NCBI GenBank assembly: GCA_041649115.1
Contig: JBAZNT010000008.1
Coordinates: 7,121-71,120, forward strand
Direction of reading: 5' to 3'
DNA length: 64,000 nt
Source of the DNA: Candidatus Omnitrophota bacterium
GTDB taxonomy: Bacteria; Omnitrophota; Gorgyraeia; Gygaellales; Profunditerraquicolaceae
In this document: positions 6,946-17,342 of the stretch, in pieces
Layout of the letters: every line of letters begins with the position of its first letter
Position numbering within the stretch: the stretch's first letter is position 1
Made by a program: the position numbers and the translations under genes
Notes under the pieces: model-generated
Databases searched by the model: none
The model's input: only the letters and a program-made list of their open reading frames with translations
Told to the model about the DNA's origin: nothing

Positions 6946-7030
6946 GCGGGGGTGGCGGAATTGGCATACGCGTACGTCTCAGAAGCGTATGGGGAAACCC
7001 TTGAGGGTTCAACTCCCTCCCTCCGCACCA
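6946..7030 (+). tRNA. tRNA-Leu (anticodon CAG), class II long variable arm, CCA encoded
   Basis: Acceptor GCGGGGG/CCTCCGC, anticodon stem-loop TACGT-CTCAGAA-GCGTA, T arm GAGGG-TTCAACT-CCCTC, and a terminal ACCA. Confidence 0.9.
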
Positions 7031-7064
7031 AATTTGCGGGAGGAAAGATCATCTCCGCTAGAAT

Positions 7065-7099
7065 AAAAAAGAGGCGCACTTCTGCGGCGCCTCTTTTTT
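7065..7099. terminator. Bidirectional rho-independent terminator
   Basis: AAAAAA-GAGGCGC-(9-nt loop)-GCGCCTC-TTTTTT. It sits between the convergent tRNA-Leu (+) and the 7122-7580 gene (-). Confidence 0.75.
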
Positions 7100-7121
7100 A
7101 TTTAGGTATACCTCAAAAAAC

Positions 7122-7580
7122 TCAGCTTTCTTTATCGGCAGGAGGAGGTCCCGCTCTTCGCTCCGGATGCCCCAGCTTCCTGTTCTTCCACTGTATCAAT
7201 TGGTTGGAGGTCAGGTATTGCGAGATCTTCGACTCCATATCCTTTTGCAGCTCTACCATCTTGTCTCTGAACGACTTTGTATCCAGGTTCTGTTTTGCGG
7301 CCGCCTGAATCTTGGCGATATTATCTTCGATAACCGCCTTAATCTGACTGACCTGCTCTTCGCTTAAACTCAGCTGTTCCTTCATCTTGGAGACGATCCC
7401 ATCGGCAGAGGCAGAAACCGGAGGCCCTTGTATCGGCTCTTGCTTCATCCCGGAAACAGTCTCGTCGTCAAAAGCGGGAGCCGGAGGTTCTTGCGTCGGC
7501 TCAGCCAAAACGACGCCCGATGCAATAAGCAGCCCTGCCGTCAACAACACCAGCGCTACTTTGTGCTTGATCTTAAACAC
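7122..7580 (-). CDS. Secreted hypothetical protein, possibly Spy/CpxP-like (LTXXQ-type motifs)
   Basis: 152 aa with a signal peptide. Helical repeats contain LSEEQVSQIK and LTSNQLIQW. GTG start. Confidence 0.3.
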   Translation of the reverse strand: MFKIKHKVALVLLTAGLLIASGVVLAEPTQEPPAPAFDDETVSGMKQEPIQGPPVSASADGIVSKMKEQLSLSEEQVSQIKAVIEDNIAKIQAAAKQNLDTKSFRDKMVELQKDMESKISQYLTSNQLIQWKNRKLGHPERRAGPPPADKES

Positions 7581-7615
7581 CGCTGCCCTCCTTATCTGCG
7601 GCTGTGTCGCCGCGG

Positions 7616-9589
7616 TTATTCATATCTTAATGCCTCGATCGGATTAAGACGCGCGGCCTGCTTTGCAGGCCAGAGGCCGAATACTATCCCTACCGCCAGC
7701 GAGAAAACCGTAGCGAGCGCCATTGAAGACAACGATATCTTCACGGACCATCCTGCCAGGATGTTTATTAACAAGGCGCTCCCGCCGCCAAGCCCGATAC
7801 CCGCCAACCCCCCGATGAACGACATCAGCACTGCCTCGATAAGAAACTGGACCATGATATCCTTGTTATTCGCTCCGATGGCCTTGCGCAGCCCGATCTC
7901 CCGCGTGCGCTCGGTTACCGAAACCAGCATGATATTCATGATGCCTATGCCTCCGACTAAAAGCGAGATGGCCGCGATGGAACCCAGCAACAGGGACATC
8001 GTCTGAGTGGTAGAGGTAAGCGTTTTCTTGATATCGGCCATATTGTGAATCTGGAATGAGTCCTTCTGGTCGCTTGTCAGCAGGCGGTGCTGCTTTATGA
8101 TAAGCCTGCTGATTTCTTCCTCGGCAGTATCGATTGAATCGGCGCTTTTTGCCTCCACATAAATTGAATCTATATACTGCTTCCCCAGCACCCGGTACAT
8201 TGCGGTGGTTACGGGGATGACTACGGTATCGTCCTGGTCGCGGTGGCCGGCTGCGCCCTTCTCAGGCAGGATGCCGATTACCTTGAAATTAATCAGGTTT
8301 ATCTTTACGGTTCTCCCGATAGGGTTGGAGGCGCCGAAAAGTTCCTTTACTACGGTCATGCCGAGGAGGACAACCTTCTTTCTTAACTTTAACTCTTCTT
8401 TGGTAAAAAACCTTCCGACCGCAGGCTCAGAGGAACGCAGCTTGGCATAGTCTACCCCTACCCCCTCCACCTGGGTATTCCAGTTTTTGTTCCCGTAAAC
8501 GACCTGCGCCCTGTCTGTCACTGATGGGCTGACCCTCTCTACGTAATTGCTCAACTTAGCGATGTCAGCGACATCCTGAAATGTAAAACGCGTTACCGTG
8601 CCGGCCTCCAGTGCTACCCCCATTGACCTGCGCGAACCCGGCCTGACTATCAGAAGGTTTGAGCCCAATGATGACAGCTGCTTTTCAATAGATTCCTTTG
8701 CGCCCTGTCCAACCGCAAGCATGGCGATAACCGCGGCAACGCCGATAAGTATGCCGAGTATCGAAAGTATGGCGCGCATCTTATGCGAGAGCATTGCGAA
8801 GACAGCCTGGCGCAGATAATCTAGGAATTCCATCCCGGTGCCAAGCCTGCTCTTGGAGCCGGAAAGGATATTTTTTATGACATTGTCGGGACTCCCGGTC
8901 TCCGGGGACGTTGCAGCATTTGAGGTAACCTCATCAGACACAATCCGGCCGTCGCGCATACGGATGATACGCCTGGCATGCGCGGCGATCTCGTTCTCAT
9001 GGGTAACGATAATGACGGTTTTGCCTTTTTGGTTGAGCTTCTTCAGGATAGAGATTATCTCTTCCTTGCTCTTTGAATCGAGGTTGCCTGTGGGTTCGTC
9101 AGCCAGGATTATCGGCGGTTCATTCACCAGGGCCCTGGCAATCGCCACGCGCTGCTGCTGGCCTCCGGATAATTCATTGGGCTTATGGAACATCCTCTCT
9201 TTTAAACCTACCTCTTCTATCTCCTCCTGGGCCTTTTGCTTAAGGTGTCTTTTACCGGCGTACATCAACGGCAGCTCTATATTCTCCAAAGCGCTCATCC
9301 TCGGAAGCAGATGAAACTGCTGAAAGACAAAACCGACCAATTGATTCCTGATCAATGCCAGCTCCCTATCGGAAAGACTGGTGAGATCGTCCCCGTTTAA
9401 GCGATACTCCCCTTTGTCGGGCCTATCCAAGAGCCCCAACACATGCATCAAGGTGGATTTACCGGAACCCGAAGGCCCCATAATTGCGATAAGCTCCCCC
9501 TGCGAGATATTCAACGATACCCCGCGCAGGGCCTCAACCTTAACCGAGCCCATCTGGTAGGTCTTATACAGATTCCTTATCTCTATCAT
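7616..9589 (-). CDS. macB: MacB-type fused ABC ATPase/permease efflux transporter
   Basis: 657 aa. N-terminal ATPase motifs [24 protein letters not shown] and [11 protein letters not shown], followed by a C-terminal FtsX/MacB permease with a large periplasmic loop. Confidence 0.85.
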   Translation of the reverse strand: MIEIRNLYKTYQMGSVKVEALRGVSLNISQGELIAIMGPSGSGKSTLMHVLGLLDRPDKGEYRLNGDDLTSLSDRELALIRNQLVGFVFQQFHLLPRMSALENIELPLMYAGKRHLKQKAQEEIEEVGLKERMFHKPNELSGGQQQRVAIARALVNEPPIILADEPTGNLDSKSKEEIISILKKLNQKGKTVIIVTHENEIAAHARRIIRMRDGRIVSDEVTSNAATSPETGSPDNVIKNILSGSKSRLGTGMEFLDYLRQAVFAMLSHKMRAILSILGILIGVAAVIAMLAVGQGAKESIEKQLSSLGSNLLIVRPGSRRSMGVALEAGTVTRFTFQDVADIAKLSNYVERVSPSVTDRAQVVYGNKNWNTQVEGVGVDYAKLRSSEPAVGRFFTKEELKLRKKVVLLGMTVVKELFGASNPIGRTVKINLINFKVIGILPEKGAAGHRDQDDTVVIPVTTAMYRVLGKQYIDSIYVEAKSADSIDTAEEEISRLIIKQHRLLTSDQKDSFQIHNMADIKKTLTSTTQTMSLLLGSIAAISLLVGGIGIMNIMLVSVTERTREIGLRKAIGANNKDIMVQFLIEAVLMSFIGGLAGIGLGGGSALLINILAGWSVKISLSSMALATVFSLAVGIVFGLWPAKQAARLNPIEALRYE

Positions 9590-9606
9590 AGCATTCTCTG
9601 GCGGGT

Positions 9607-10578
9607 TTATTTCTTCTTGCTGCCCGGCATCTTGGGCATAAAAGGGTTGGTGCCTGTATTACCGTTGTTGTGAAAAACATATTCCTTTGTCGTAATGATC
9701 ACCGTATCTGCGGCGGCCAGCCCCGAAAGGATCTCGTAGTTAGTCTCGTCGGTAATGCCTAACTTCACAATACGCTTAACCGGATTCTTGCCGGCTTCCT
9801 GCTTCAGGATAACGTAATTTTCGTTGCCATTCTTATACACTGCCTCAACCGGAACAAGCAGGGCATTCTCTCTGCTCTCCACTATAAAATCCACGTTTGC
9901 GTTCATCCCCGAACGGAAGAAATCCGGCGCCTTCTCCGGCAGAAGGTCAACCTTGTAAATAGTTACGTTATTGACTGTTTCCGATTCGTAGTATATGTGC
10001 TCTACCTTCGCCTTTATTACGGTATCGGGATAGGCATCAAGGGTGATATTTGCATCCTGCCCCAGCTTGACCTTTCCTATATCCGTCTCGTCTACCTGGG
10101 CGCGCACGATAAGCTGGTCCGATAAGACTAACACCGCATCCGAGGTAGTAACGGTCTGCCCCGGCTGTGTGGTGGCAACGATAACCTCGCCGTCGATGGG
10201 GGCCAATAGCGCTATCGGTTTGTAAACCTCCTGCCAGTATTTTAACTTTTCCTCTCCCTGGCCGCGGGCGGCGTCAAGGATGGCTGCCCTTTCGGTCGAA
10301 CTCATCCAGGCGAGGTTCTGGCCGATCTTCACGGCATCGCCCTCTTTCACGAGGATGCTTTCGATGCGGCCGCTGACAGGGGGTTTTATCTCAAGTCGGT
10401 TTTTCGGATAAACCGTTCCGGTAGCCGAGACAAACACCTCGAGGGAGCCAGGCATTGGCCTGACCTCCCTGACCGTTTCTGCCGGCCCCTGGCCTTTCCG
10501 CATTTTTATTATCATCAACGAAGAAAACGCCGCCAAAATTAAGATTACGACAAAGGTAAGCTTTTTATTCTTATTCAT
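9607..10578 (-). CDS. macA: HlyD/MacA-family periplasmic adaptor subunit
   Basis: 323 aa with an N-terminal anchor and a lipoyl/beta-barrel adaptor-like sequence. Sits between the TolC-like gene and macB. Confidence 0.7.
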   Translation of the reverse strand: MNKNKKLTFVVILILAAFSSLMIIKMRKGQGPAETVREVRPMPGSLEVFVSATGTVYPKNRLEIKPPVSGRIESILVKEGDAVKIGQNLAWMSSTERAAILDAARGQGEEKLKYWQEVYKPIALLAPIDGEVIVATTQPGQTVTTSDAVLVLSDQLIVRAQVDETDIGKVKLGQDANITLDAYPDTVIKAKVEHIYYESETVNNVTIYKVDLLPEKAPDFFRSGMNANVDFIVESRENALLVPVEAVYKNGNENYVILKQEAGKNPVKRIVKLGITDETNYEILSGLAAADTVIITTKEYVFHNNGNTGTNPFMPKMPGSKKK

Positions 10579-11857
10579 ATTCCAGTGTCTCTCCTTTCGC
10601 CTGAATCCACGCCGCTTCGCTTAATAAGGCGTTTGCCTGGGCGTCTAGATATGCGTTCTTCTGGCTGACTAAGTTGTCTTCGATAATTATCCAGTTATCA
10701 AAGGTCGTAAAGCCTGTGGAATACTCTACCTGCGCAATATTTGAGCGTTCCTCAATGGCGGCGAGCTGTTTTTTCTGTACCTCTACATTCTCAACGGCGT
10801 CCTGAAGCGCAGCCCATGTCTCTTCCAGCGCCACTACAAGAGAATCCCTAGTGCTCCTTTCATTCTCCCTGAGCTGATTCAGGTAAGCCTCGGCCTGTGA
10901 AATCTGCGCCATCCTCAATCCGCCTTCGAATATCGGCATTGATAAAGCGAGCCCCAGGTTCCACTGGTTACCCTGCGGGGACCAGTGCGAGCCGGACTTA
11001 TTTGCGCCTGCCGTTCCTGAAAGGGTAGGAGAAAAGTTGGCATACGCGGATTTCAGACTGAACTGGGCGGAGGCCTTCTGAGAGATAACTTTTTGTAAAT
11101 AGGGATTGCTCGTGGCTATCCCTTCAAAATCGGGCTTCTCCTTTACGCTGTCTTTTACCTCAAAATCTCCTTTTACGGATACGGGAGTGAATTTTGTCCG
11201 GCCCATCTCTTTTATGAGCTGGCGCTGGGCGACCTCGAGGTCCCTTTGCGCCTGTGAGATCTGGTATTTTGCATCGGATAGATCCGCCTCCGCAGTCAAT
11301 AAGGCTCCCCGGTGCTCCAGGCCGGACTGGTAATGGAGGGTGATTAATTCGAAATTACTCCTCCTGATATCGTAAATCTCCTGCGTGATTTTCAGCAATT
11401 CCTGCGCCTTTAATAAAGCAATATAGGAACTGCGCAGGCTATACCTTACCGTAACCGAGGTATATTTGAAATTCTGTCTGGAGGCCTTTATATCCTCGGA
11501 GGCTGCTTTTACGTCCTGGATGGTCTTGGTTCCGTCAAATATCAGCTGTGAGCCCGTTACGCCGTAAGAATAGGTATCGGTTGTCTTTGTTGTAGCGGCA
11601 TCCCCATCCCCCGAAGCCGTCTTTGCAGTCGCAGCGCTCAGGCTGCTGTCTATCTGAGGATAAAGACTGCTGGCAGTGATTTTCCTGGCAGCCTCGGACT
11701 GCCTCACCTCTTCCTGGGCTGCGATTAAATCAGGGTGGTTCTTTGCCGCCTCCCTGACGCAATCATCCCATGAGAGAATCTCTTCTGCGGCTACCGGCCT
11801 GCATAAAATAAACAGGAAAACCGGTATTATAAAATAAACGCTAAGGTGTCTTAACAT
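10571..11857 (-). CDS. TolC-family outer-membrane efflux protein
   Basis: 428 aa with a signal peptide and a two-repeat coiled OEP-like pattern. Overlaps the adaptor gene by 8 nt. Confidence 0.7.
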   Translation of the reverse strand: MLRHLSVYFIIPVFLFILCRPVAAEEILSWDDCVREAAKNHPDLIAAQEEVRQSEAARKITASSLYPQIDSSLSAATAKTASGDGDAATTKTTDTYSYGVTGSQLIFDGTKTIQDVKAASEDIKASRQNFKYTSVTVRYSLRSSYIALLKAQELLKITQEIYDIRRSNFELITLHYQSGLEHRGALLTAEADLSDAKYQISQAQRDLEVAQRQLIKEMGRTKFTPVSVKGDFEVKDSVKEKPDFEGIATSNPYLQKVISQKASAQFSLKSAYANFSPTLSGTAGANKSGSHWSPQGNQWNLGLALSMPIFEGGLRMAQISQAEAYLNQLRENERSTRDSLVVALEETWAALQDAVENVEVQKKQLAAIEERSNIAQVEYSTGFTTFDNWIIIEDNLVSQKNAYLDAQANALLSEAAWIQAKGETLEYE

Positions 11858-11894
11858 AAGACGGGCGCCTTAAAATTCTTTATTTTAGAAACGG

Positions 11895-12137
11895 TCATTT
11901 GCTGCTGTGTTTGGAAAATTCTTCCTTCATGCTGGCCATATGGTCAAAAAAATTCAGGAATCTGTTGAATTCTTCTTCCGGGAAAAGGCTGAGCGTCCGG
12001 CGGTGAGGCGGGCCGGAGATAACAATTAGGCTGTCCCCCGGCTTAATCTTAAGCTTCTTCCTCGCTTCTGCCGGAATGACTATCTGCCCCTTCGTGCCTA
12101 CCGGAACCTTGCCGAAAAACTTAGGAACATCTCTCAT
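11895..12137 (-). CDS. AbrB/MazE/SpoVT-family DNA-binding protein
   Basis: 80 aa with the swapped-hairpin motif VPVGTKGQIVIPAEARKKLKIKPGDSLIVIS. Preceded by AGGAGG. Confidence 0.65.
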   Translation of the reverse strand: MRDVPKFFGKVPVGTKGQIVIPAEARKKLKIKPGDSLIVISGPPHRRTLSLFPEEEFNRFLNFFDHMASMKEEFSKHSSK

Positions 12138-12212
12138 CCCTGTCTCCTCCTTATTACGATATCGCTGCCGCTATAGGTATGATTAGTATTACAAGTATCC
12201 CTTTTCATACAA

Positions 12213-12241
12213 AGGATACCATACCGCGCACCTCTTGTCAA
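12213..12241 (-). promoter_or_regulatory. Putative promoter of the abrB-like/efflux unit
   Basis: On the minus strand: TTGACA (12241-12236), 17-nt spacer, TATCCT (12218-12213). An imperfect inverted repeat GTATCCCTTT/AAAGGATAC overlaps the -10 element. Confidence 0.35.
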
Positions 12242-12327
12242 GCTAAATGTCTGCGATATAACGGCGGGCTGCGGGGCGCTGAGGCGACGGCTAGACGCCT
12301 GCCCTACAGCGCAATTAATACGCTGAT

Positions 12328-14532
12328 TTACGGCTGGTTAGAATGCTGGGGCCAGAGTTTATCGAGGGTGTATTTGGAGGGGCCTGATTGGTTCCTGAAA
12401 CTAAGCAAGTTATTGAACCACGCCATGGGCCTCAGCCGCGTCTTCTGCTTGAGGTCCGGCCAGTCGCCCTGGATGCTTACCTGGATGGAATTTGTGACAA
12501 AGTCTATCCCGATGGTAAAAGGCAACACGATAAACATGACGTGCTTGGCGGTCTTTAAAATCCCCGCTCCTGCCAGGGTTACCCCTACCGTAAAATCGGT
12601 TGCCCCCGAAAAACAATACTTACCGGAAACAACGAGGTCGACGGTGGGCCCGGCGCACAAGGCATTGTCGATTACGACGCCTTCTTTGTCCAACGAAAAA
12701 TTTCCCTCTACGCTGTAAAACATCGGCATGATGAAACCCCTGATAATGCTCTTGATGCCGCTTTCTGCAACAGAAAAAATCGGAAACCCCCTGAGGTCTC
12801 CCGAGGTCAACTTAAAATATCCCCCGCCCCTGAATGAATCGAGGGCGCCCCATCCGGCAACGCAGGCCAGGCTGCCGGAGAGCACGCCCTTGGCATCTCT
12901 GGATTGCGGCAGTGACTTCAGGAGTTCCTCCAGGTACGCCTTCTTCAAATGAAGCTCTATCCCGCATCTATTAAGGTCCATCTGGATCGCCCCTGATATG
13001 ACTCCTCCGTAATAATCGAGCTCCGGGATATCGCCTCTTAAAACCCCTTCCTTGACGGGGGCAACGATAATAAAGGACTGCGGGGCAAACCCCTCCCAGC
13101 TGAAATTTTCAAACTGTATATTGACATTACCTTCATATGAAGATGACTTATCCAGCTCGCCGGTGACGCTGCCGGAAATGACTATCTCTCCGGAGGGAAT
13201 GTTTTGCTGCGACTTCAATAAATCTGCCGGTTTAACATTTCCCTCAATGGCTAAATCAAAGAGAAGGTCCTTGACATCCGTAATATCCGAATGAAGCTTA
13301 AGGTAAGAGCTGCCGCTTTTATTCTGCCACTCCAGGGCACCCTGGTTATCGGCAAAGAGTTTAAGTTCAAGCTCGGTATCGATATCCCCTAACTTCCCGT
13401 TTAAACGCAGCCTTTCCTGCGGCCGACGGATGAAGCTGCCGCTTAAACTCAAGGGCACCTTGTTGGCCATCCCCGAGAGGTCCGTTATCTTGAATTCATC
13501 CTGCGTAATCAAAACACGGCATTTGAGGCCGTTTACCAGGACGTTTCTAGACCCTCCGAATAAACCGTCTCTCAGAAATATCTCGCTGCGGAAATCCTTT
13601 GGCAGGCTGTCTCCCTTGATATATCTAAGCGACTGTTTTATATCTGCGTCGGCTATGATGTTTAAGTCCCCGTAGGCAAGTGCCCCCCCTGAAATTTTAT
13701 ACTCCCCTGATAATGAGAGATTCCCCCCTGCATAGACAAAATGCATGCGGCCGGAGACATTCTCCGCCTTCAGGCCCCAGGGCTTAAGCATCTCATCGAG
13801 ATAATAATCCCAGTATTCGCTGAGATATACGGTGCTAAAACTCGCCCTGCCTTCGGCGCGCCCCCTGGAGACATCGCCATCGAGCCTAAGTTCCAGGCGT
13901 TCCCGGCGCCTATCCCGGGAATGAACGCTGAGGTTAAGCTTATAAACTGCGGCCCTCTGGTTCTTAAGGGTGAGGTCAAGATTTACGAAGGTGCGCCTTA
14001 TGGTATTGCCTTTCCTGAAGCGGTCCTCATAATTAAGGGAGGCGTCAGCAACCTTTATCTTCCTTATCCTGAAACTGTTATTTTTATTCTCTTCTCCTGC
14101 TTTTGAAAAGTCGAATAAGAACCCGATATTCCAGTTGCCGGACTCCGCTCTTGCGATATAAAGCTGCGGCCTGAAGACTGTAATGCTTTTTATGTCTATC
14201 TGCTTGAATAATAAGGGAAGCAATGACAGGTTTATATCTACTAAAGGCGCGCGCAGTATGTAGCTGTCCGGCGGGGCGGATGTTTCCGAGACCGCCACAT
14301 CTTCAAACACGAAGGCGCGCAGGGGGTGAAAGCTGAGTTTAGCGAAACTGATATCAAGCGGAAGTCCCGGGGAAGGCTGCAACAACCTCTTGAGTTGGGG
14401 GTTAATGAAACGCGGGATAACGTAATAATTCATCCCGACGCAAAGGCAGGCGTCAAAAAAGGCAAGGATTAGGACAACGGCCAAAATAATAAGAAGCGCC
14501 TTCTTCCTCATTCTTAATGCCTTAACCCCCAA
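12328..14532 (-). CDS. AsmA-family large membrane-anchored protein
   Basis: 734 aa with a single N-terminal TM. The repetitive beta-rich body has AsmA-like N-terminal wording (..RPQLYIARAESGNWNIGFLF..). Confidence 0.45.
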   Translation of the reverse strand: MGVKALRMRKKALLIILAVVLILAFFDACLCVGMNYYVIPRFINPQLKRLLQPSPGLPLDISFAKLSFHPLRAFVFEDVAVSETSAPPDSYILRAPLVDINLSLLPLLFKQIDIKSITVFRPQLYIARAESGNWNIGFLFDFSKAGEENKNNSFRIRKIKVADASLNYEDRFRKGNTIRRTFVNLDLTLKNQRAAVYKLNLSVHSRDRRRERLELRLDGDVSRGRAEGRASFSTVYLSEYWDYYLDEMLKPWGLKAENVSGRMHFVYAGGNLSLSGEYKISGGALAYGDLNIIADADIKQSLRYIKGDSLPKDFRSEIFLRDGLFGGSRNVLVNGLKCRVLITQDEFKITDLSGMANKVPLSLSGSFIRRPQERLRLNGKLGDIDTELELKLFADNQGALEWQNKSGSSYLKLHSDITDVKDLLFDLAIEGNVKPADLLKSQQNIPSGEIVISGSVTGELDKSSSYEGNVNIQFENFSWEGFAPQSFIIVAPVKEGVLRGDIPELDYYGGVISGAIQMDLNRCGIELHLKKAYLEELLKSLPQSRDAKGVLSGSLACVAGWGALDSFRGGGYFKLTSGDLRGFPIFSVAESGIKSIIRGFIMPMFYSVEGNFSLDKEGVVIDNALCAGPTVDLVVSGKYCFSGATDFTVGVTLAGAGILKTAKHVMFIVLPFTIGIDFVTNSIQVSIQGDWPDLKQKTRLRPMAWFNNLLSFRNQSGPSKYTLDKLWPQHSNQP

Positions 14533-14562
14533 CTCAATTGCAATTCGATACCGTCCTTAAGA

Positions 14563-14937
14563 TTAACGCTCGGTGTAAACCGTAAGAACCTCGCCGGTAT
14601 CCTTATCGATAAAAACCCAGACATCCTTGGCTACCGGGTCTTTAAAATCGAAGTAAACGATGCGATAGTTGTAGAGAAACCCGTTCTTCAGGATGCCGTG
14701 GTTAGGATTGTTTTCCTTCATCGCCGCAATCCCGGACCTCTGCAGCCAAAGCCTGCCCCCCTCGTCGTAGATAATATCTACCTCCTTGAGCACGATACCC
14801 TTGGCCTTGACGGCGCTGATTGCAATGGCTTTGATGTCTTCCTTGCTTAAGCCTTTCTGCTTTTGGACTGCTGCCATAAGCGGCGAACAGCTCAACAAAA
14901 GAACGGTTGCCAACAACAACACTGCCAGCTTCTTCAT
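14563..14937 (-). CDS. Small secreted hypothetical protein (lipobox LLLSC)
   Basis: 124 aa with a signal peptide and a possible PepSY-like fold. No diagnostic motif. Confidence 0.3.
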   Translation of the reverse strand: MKKLAVLLLATVLLLSCSPLMAAVQKQKGLSKEDIKAIAISAVKAKGIVLKEVDIIYDEGGRLWLQRSGIAAMKENNPNHGILKNGFLYNYRIVYFDFKDPVAKDVWVFIDKDTGEVLTVYTER

Positions 14938-14970
14938 GCTTCCTCCTTTCCGGTTATCCGGCAGATTTCA

Positions 14971-16056
14971 TCATTGCCGGACCTTAAAATAATCCTTAAC
15001 TGTCTTGCGGTATGCCCCGAATGCCGGCTTAAGAGAATAATCCCAACGCACCAGCCCGAAATAATCTGTGCCGTTATCCCAGTGCTTCTTGCAATCCCTC
15101 AAGAAAGCCCAGAAGACCTTTGTCACCGGCTTTTCGCTAAGCAATACCCCGTAGATTTTACTCAGCCACTCTGCCTGCTCTTCTTCGCTGGGGTTCTTCC
15201 CCAGCCACCAGTTGGCTGTCTCTGTGCCTTTCTTGATACCCGGGCAGCCGGTCTCGGTGACCCAGATCTCCTTATCAGCGTCCCCGTTCCTTTTCATGAT
15301 ATTAGAAACGAGCCTGACATAAGACTTTGCCTTGGATAAAGAGGTCTCGCAAAAAGGGGATTCAAAGATATGAATGTTAAGGATATCGAAATAACCCCGT
15401 CCGCCGTTGTCATAAAGATGGTTGACGCTCGCGATGCCGCTGGCGATCCCGCCGTTAAGGATACGGCAATGGGGGTCGGTTTTCTTGGCTGCGAGATAAA
15501 CCTCCTTTAATAGCAGGCAATAAGACTTAAGGCTGTCCTGGCTGCTCCAATAAACGGAAGAGTCCGGCTCGTTCCAGACCTCCCAGTATTTAATCTTATC
15601 CTTATAGCGGCTGATTACCCTGACGGCGTAATTTACAAAAAGACGGTTATCCTGCGGCGGGTCATTCCATTTACCGCCCCAGGCGCAGTTATACTCCAAC
15701 AGGCCCAGGATGTTTATGCCGGAATCGGAAAGCAGTCCCACGATACGGTCATATTTGGAAAAATTGAATTCCCCCTTCTCGGGCTCGATCTCGTCCCAGA
15801 GAAAATCCATCCTTACCCAGGATATGCCGGCCTTCTTCATTAAGGCCGCCGCCTTTTTAAGGGATTTCTCGTTCGGATACTTGTGGTTATTCCAGGGGTG
15901 GTTCCAGTGCAAAAAGGCCAATGCCCCAAAGGGGCTTTCCATATTCATTTCTCCTGCGTCGGCATTGCCTGAAAAAATGCATCCTGCCAGCAGAACCGCC
16001 AGGATTATCCTATTCAGCCGGCTCCTGTTCAATATTAATGTAATCCGAGAAATCAA
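14971..16056 (-). CDS. Glycoside hydrolase, clan GH-A TIM-barrel; family not resolved
   Basis: 361 aa with a lipoprotein signal (LLAGC). It has the catalytic-type motifs WEVWNEPD and VTETGCPG. Overlaps the upstream gene by 47 nt. Confidence 0.6.
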   Translation of the reverse strand: MISRITLILNRSRLNRIILAVLLAGCIFSGNADAGEMNMESPFGALAFLHWNHPWNNHKYPNEKSLKKAAALMKKAGISWVRMDFLWDEIEPEKGEFNFSKYDRIVGLLSDSGINILGLLEYNCAWGGKWNDPPQDNRLFVNYAVRVISRYKDKIKYWEVWNEPDSSVYWSSQDSLKSYCLLLKEVYLAAKKTDPHCRILNGGIASGIASVNHLYDNGGRGYFDILNIHIFESPFCETSLSKAKSYVRLVSNIMKRNGDADKEIWVTETGCPGIKKGTETANWWLGKNPSEEEQAEWLSKIYGVLLSEKPVTKVFWAFLRDCKKHWDNGTDYFGLVRWDYSLKPAFGAYRKTVKDYFKVRQ

Positions 16057-17335
16057 TCTTATCCCCCATCTCCTGCTTCACCACGCGTATCCTGTCAGGC
16101 ACATAAGGGTGGGTCTTGAAATACGACTTGGGCCTTAGCGGCTTACGGCGGTTATCCTCCTGGAGCTTTTCCAGAAAGGTAACCATGGCGTGCGGGCTAT
16201 AGCCTGCCAGTTTCATGTAGCGGGCAGCCAACTGGTCTGCCAGAAGCTCGTCCTCCCTCCCGTAGCCCAGGATAAGCTCGGTAAAGGCTGCGTCCGCGGC
16301 GCTTCCCGCCCCGCCGCTCTGGGAGGCAGCAGCAACCAGTATCCTAAAGACGGAATATCCCATAACGGCCTGCAGCTTCTTGATGCTGTGGCGGGCGACG
16401 ATGTGGCCTACCTCGTGAGCGATAACGCCGGCAAGCTCGTCATCGTTATCCACCTTTTCAATCAAGCCGCTGTTAATGTAGACATATCCTCCGGGAAGCG
16501 AAACGGCGTTAATCTCCTTGTCCTGGAGGATGTAAAAATGGTAATCGATATCCCTACGGTCGCAGACTGCCGCTATCTTTCTGCCGATAGTATCTACCCG
16601 CTTCTGGACGAGCGGGTCTTCCTCCAGTTTATAGGTACGGTTTACCTCGCGCGCGATAGAATCACCCATGCGCACCTCTTTATCGGTGCTGTAGAAATAG
16701 GTCTCCTGTTTTTTGGTAACGATGTTGTATTCGGTGGAGCAGCCGCTTAAGAAAAGGCATATCAAAATGGCGAAGACGCCGAGATCCTTGAGTACCTTAA
16801 AGAGGCTGCGCAGCGGCAGTCCCACTACATTATAGAAACACCCCTCGATGCGCCTGATAAAAAATGCGCCCTTCCCCTGGATATCAAAGGCCCCTGCCTT
16901 ATCCAGGGGCGAGACGCGCGAAAAATAACTGTCTATGTCGCGGTCATTCAGCTCATCCATATAGACCTTCGTCTTTTCGTAAGCAGTCCTGGTCTTATTT
17001 TTATTCTTGTCGATTACCGCAATCCCGCTGTAGACCCACTGGGGGCTGCGCGAGAGTTTCTTTAGCATGCGGCGCGCCTCTGGAATGCTCTTGGGTTTGC
17101 CAAAAATCCTGTTATCCTGCACCGAAATCGTATCGGCTGCGATGATTACTCCTGAACGCACTTTCCTGGCAACCTCCCGGGCCTTGCGCAAGGCATTATC
17201 CTGGACCAGGCGGGCATAATTTGACTTTTGCCCCCTTGCCGTCTCCCTGATGTTGCTGGGGATAACCTTAAATTTAAAACCGAAAAAACGCAGGAGCTTC
17301 TTCCTCGCTGCCGAACCCGAAGCCAAATATATCAT
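16010..17335 (-). CDS. In-frame fusion of a Maf nucleotide pyrophosphatase (N-terminal) with an M48 zinc metallopeptidase lipoprotein (C-terminal)
   Basis: The Maf part runs from MIYLASGSAARKKLL through DKAGAFDIQG to NVVGLPL. It is followed directly by a lipoprotein signal GVFAILICLFLSGC and an M48 domain with HEVGH. I prefer the ATG at 17335, because the 22 codons upstream of it are repeat-encoded. An in-frame GTG at 16825 could start the M48 part separately. Confidence 0.7.
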   Translation of the reverse strand: MIYLASGSAARKKLLRFFGFKFKVIPSNIRETARGQKSNYARLVQDNALRKAREVARKVRSGVIIAADTISVQDNRIFGKPKSIPEARRMLKKLSRSPQWVYSGIAVIDKNKNKTRTAYEKTKVYMDELNDRDIDSYFSRVSPLDKAGAFDIQGKGAFFIRRIEGCFYNVVGLPLRSLFKVLKDLGVFAILICLFLSGCSTEYNIVTKKQETYFYSTDKEVRMGDSIAREVNRTYKLEEDPLVQKRVDTIGRKIAAVCDRRDIDYHFYILQDKEINAVSLPGGYVYINSGLIEKVDNDDELAGVIAHEVGHIVARHSIKKLQAVMGYSVFRILVAAASQSGGAGSAADAAFTELILGYGREDELLADQLAARYMKLAGYSPHAMVTFLEKLQEDNRRKPLRPKSYFKTHPYVPDRIRVVKQEMGDKIDFSDYINIEQEPAE

Positions 17336-17342
17336 CTTTTTT

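Noticed and set aside
6735-7308. ORFs 6735-7079 (-) and 6952-7308 (+)
   Set aside because: Both read through the tRNA-Leu gene, its promoter and the bidirectional terminator. They are artefacts of a non-coding region.
12179-12718. 179-aa plus-strand ORF spanning the abrB/AsmA-like intergenic region
   Set aside because: It starts inside the abrB-like leader/promoter region and then runs antisense to the 3' end of the AsmA-like gene. It has no motif and no RBS.
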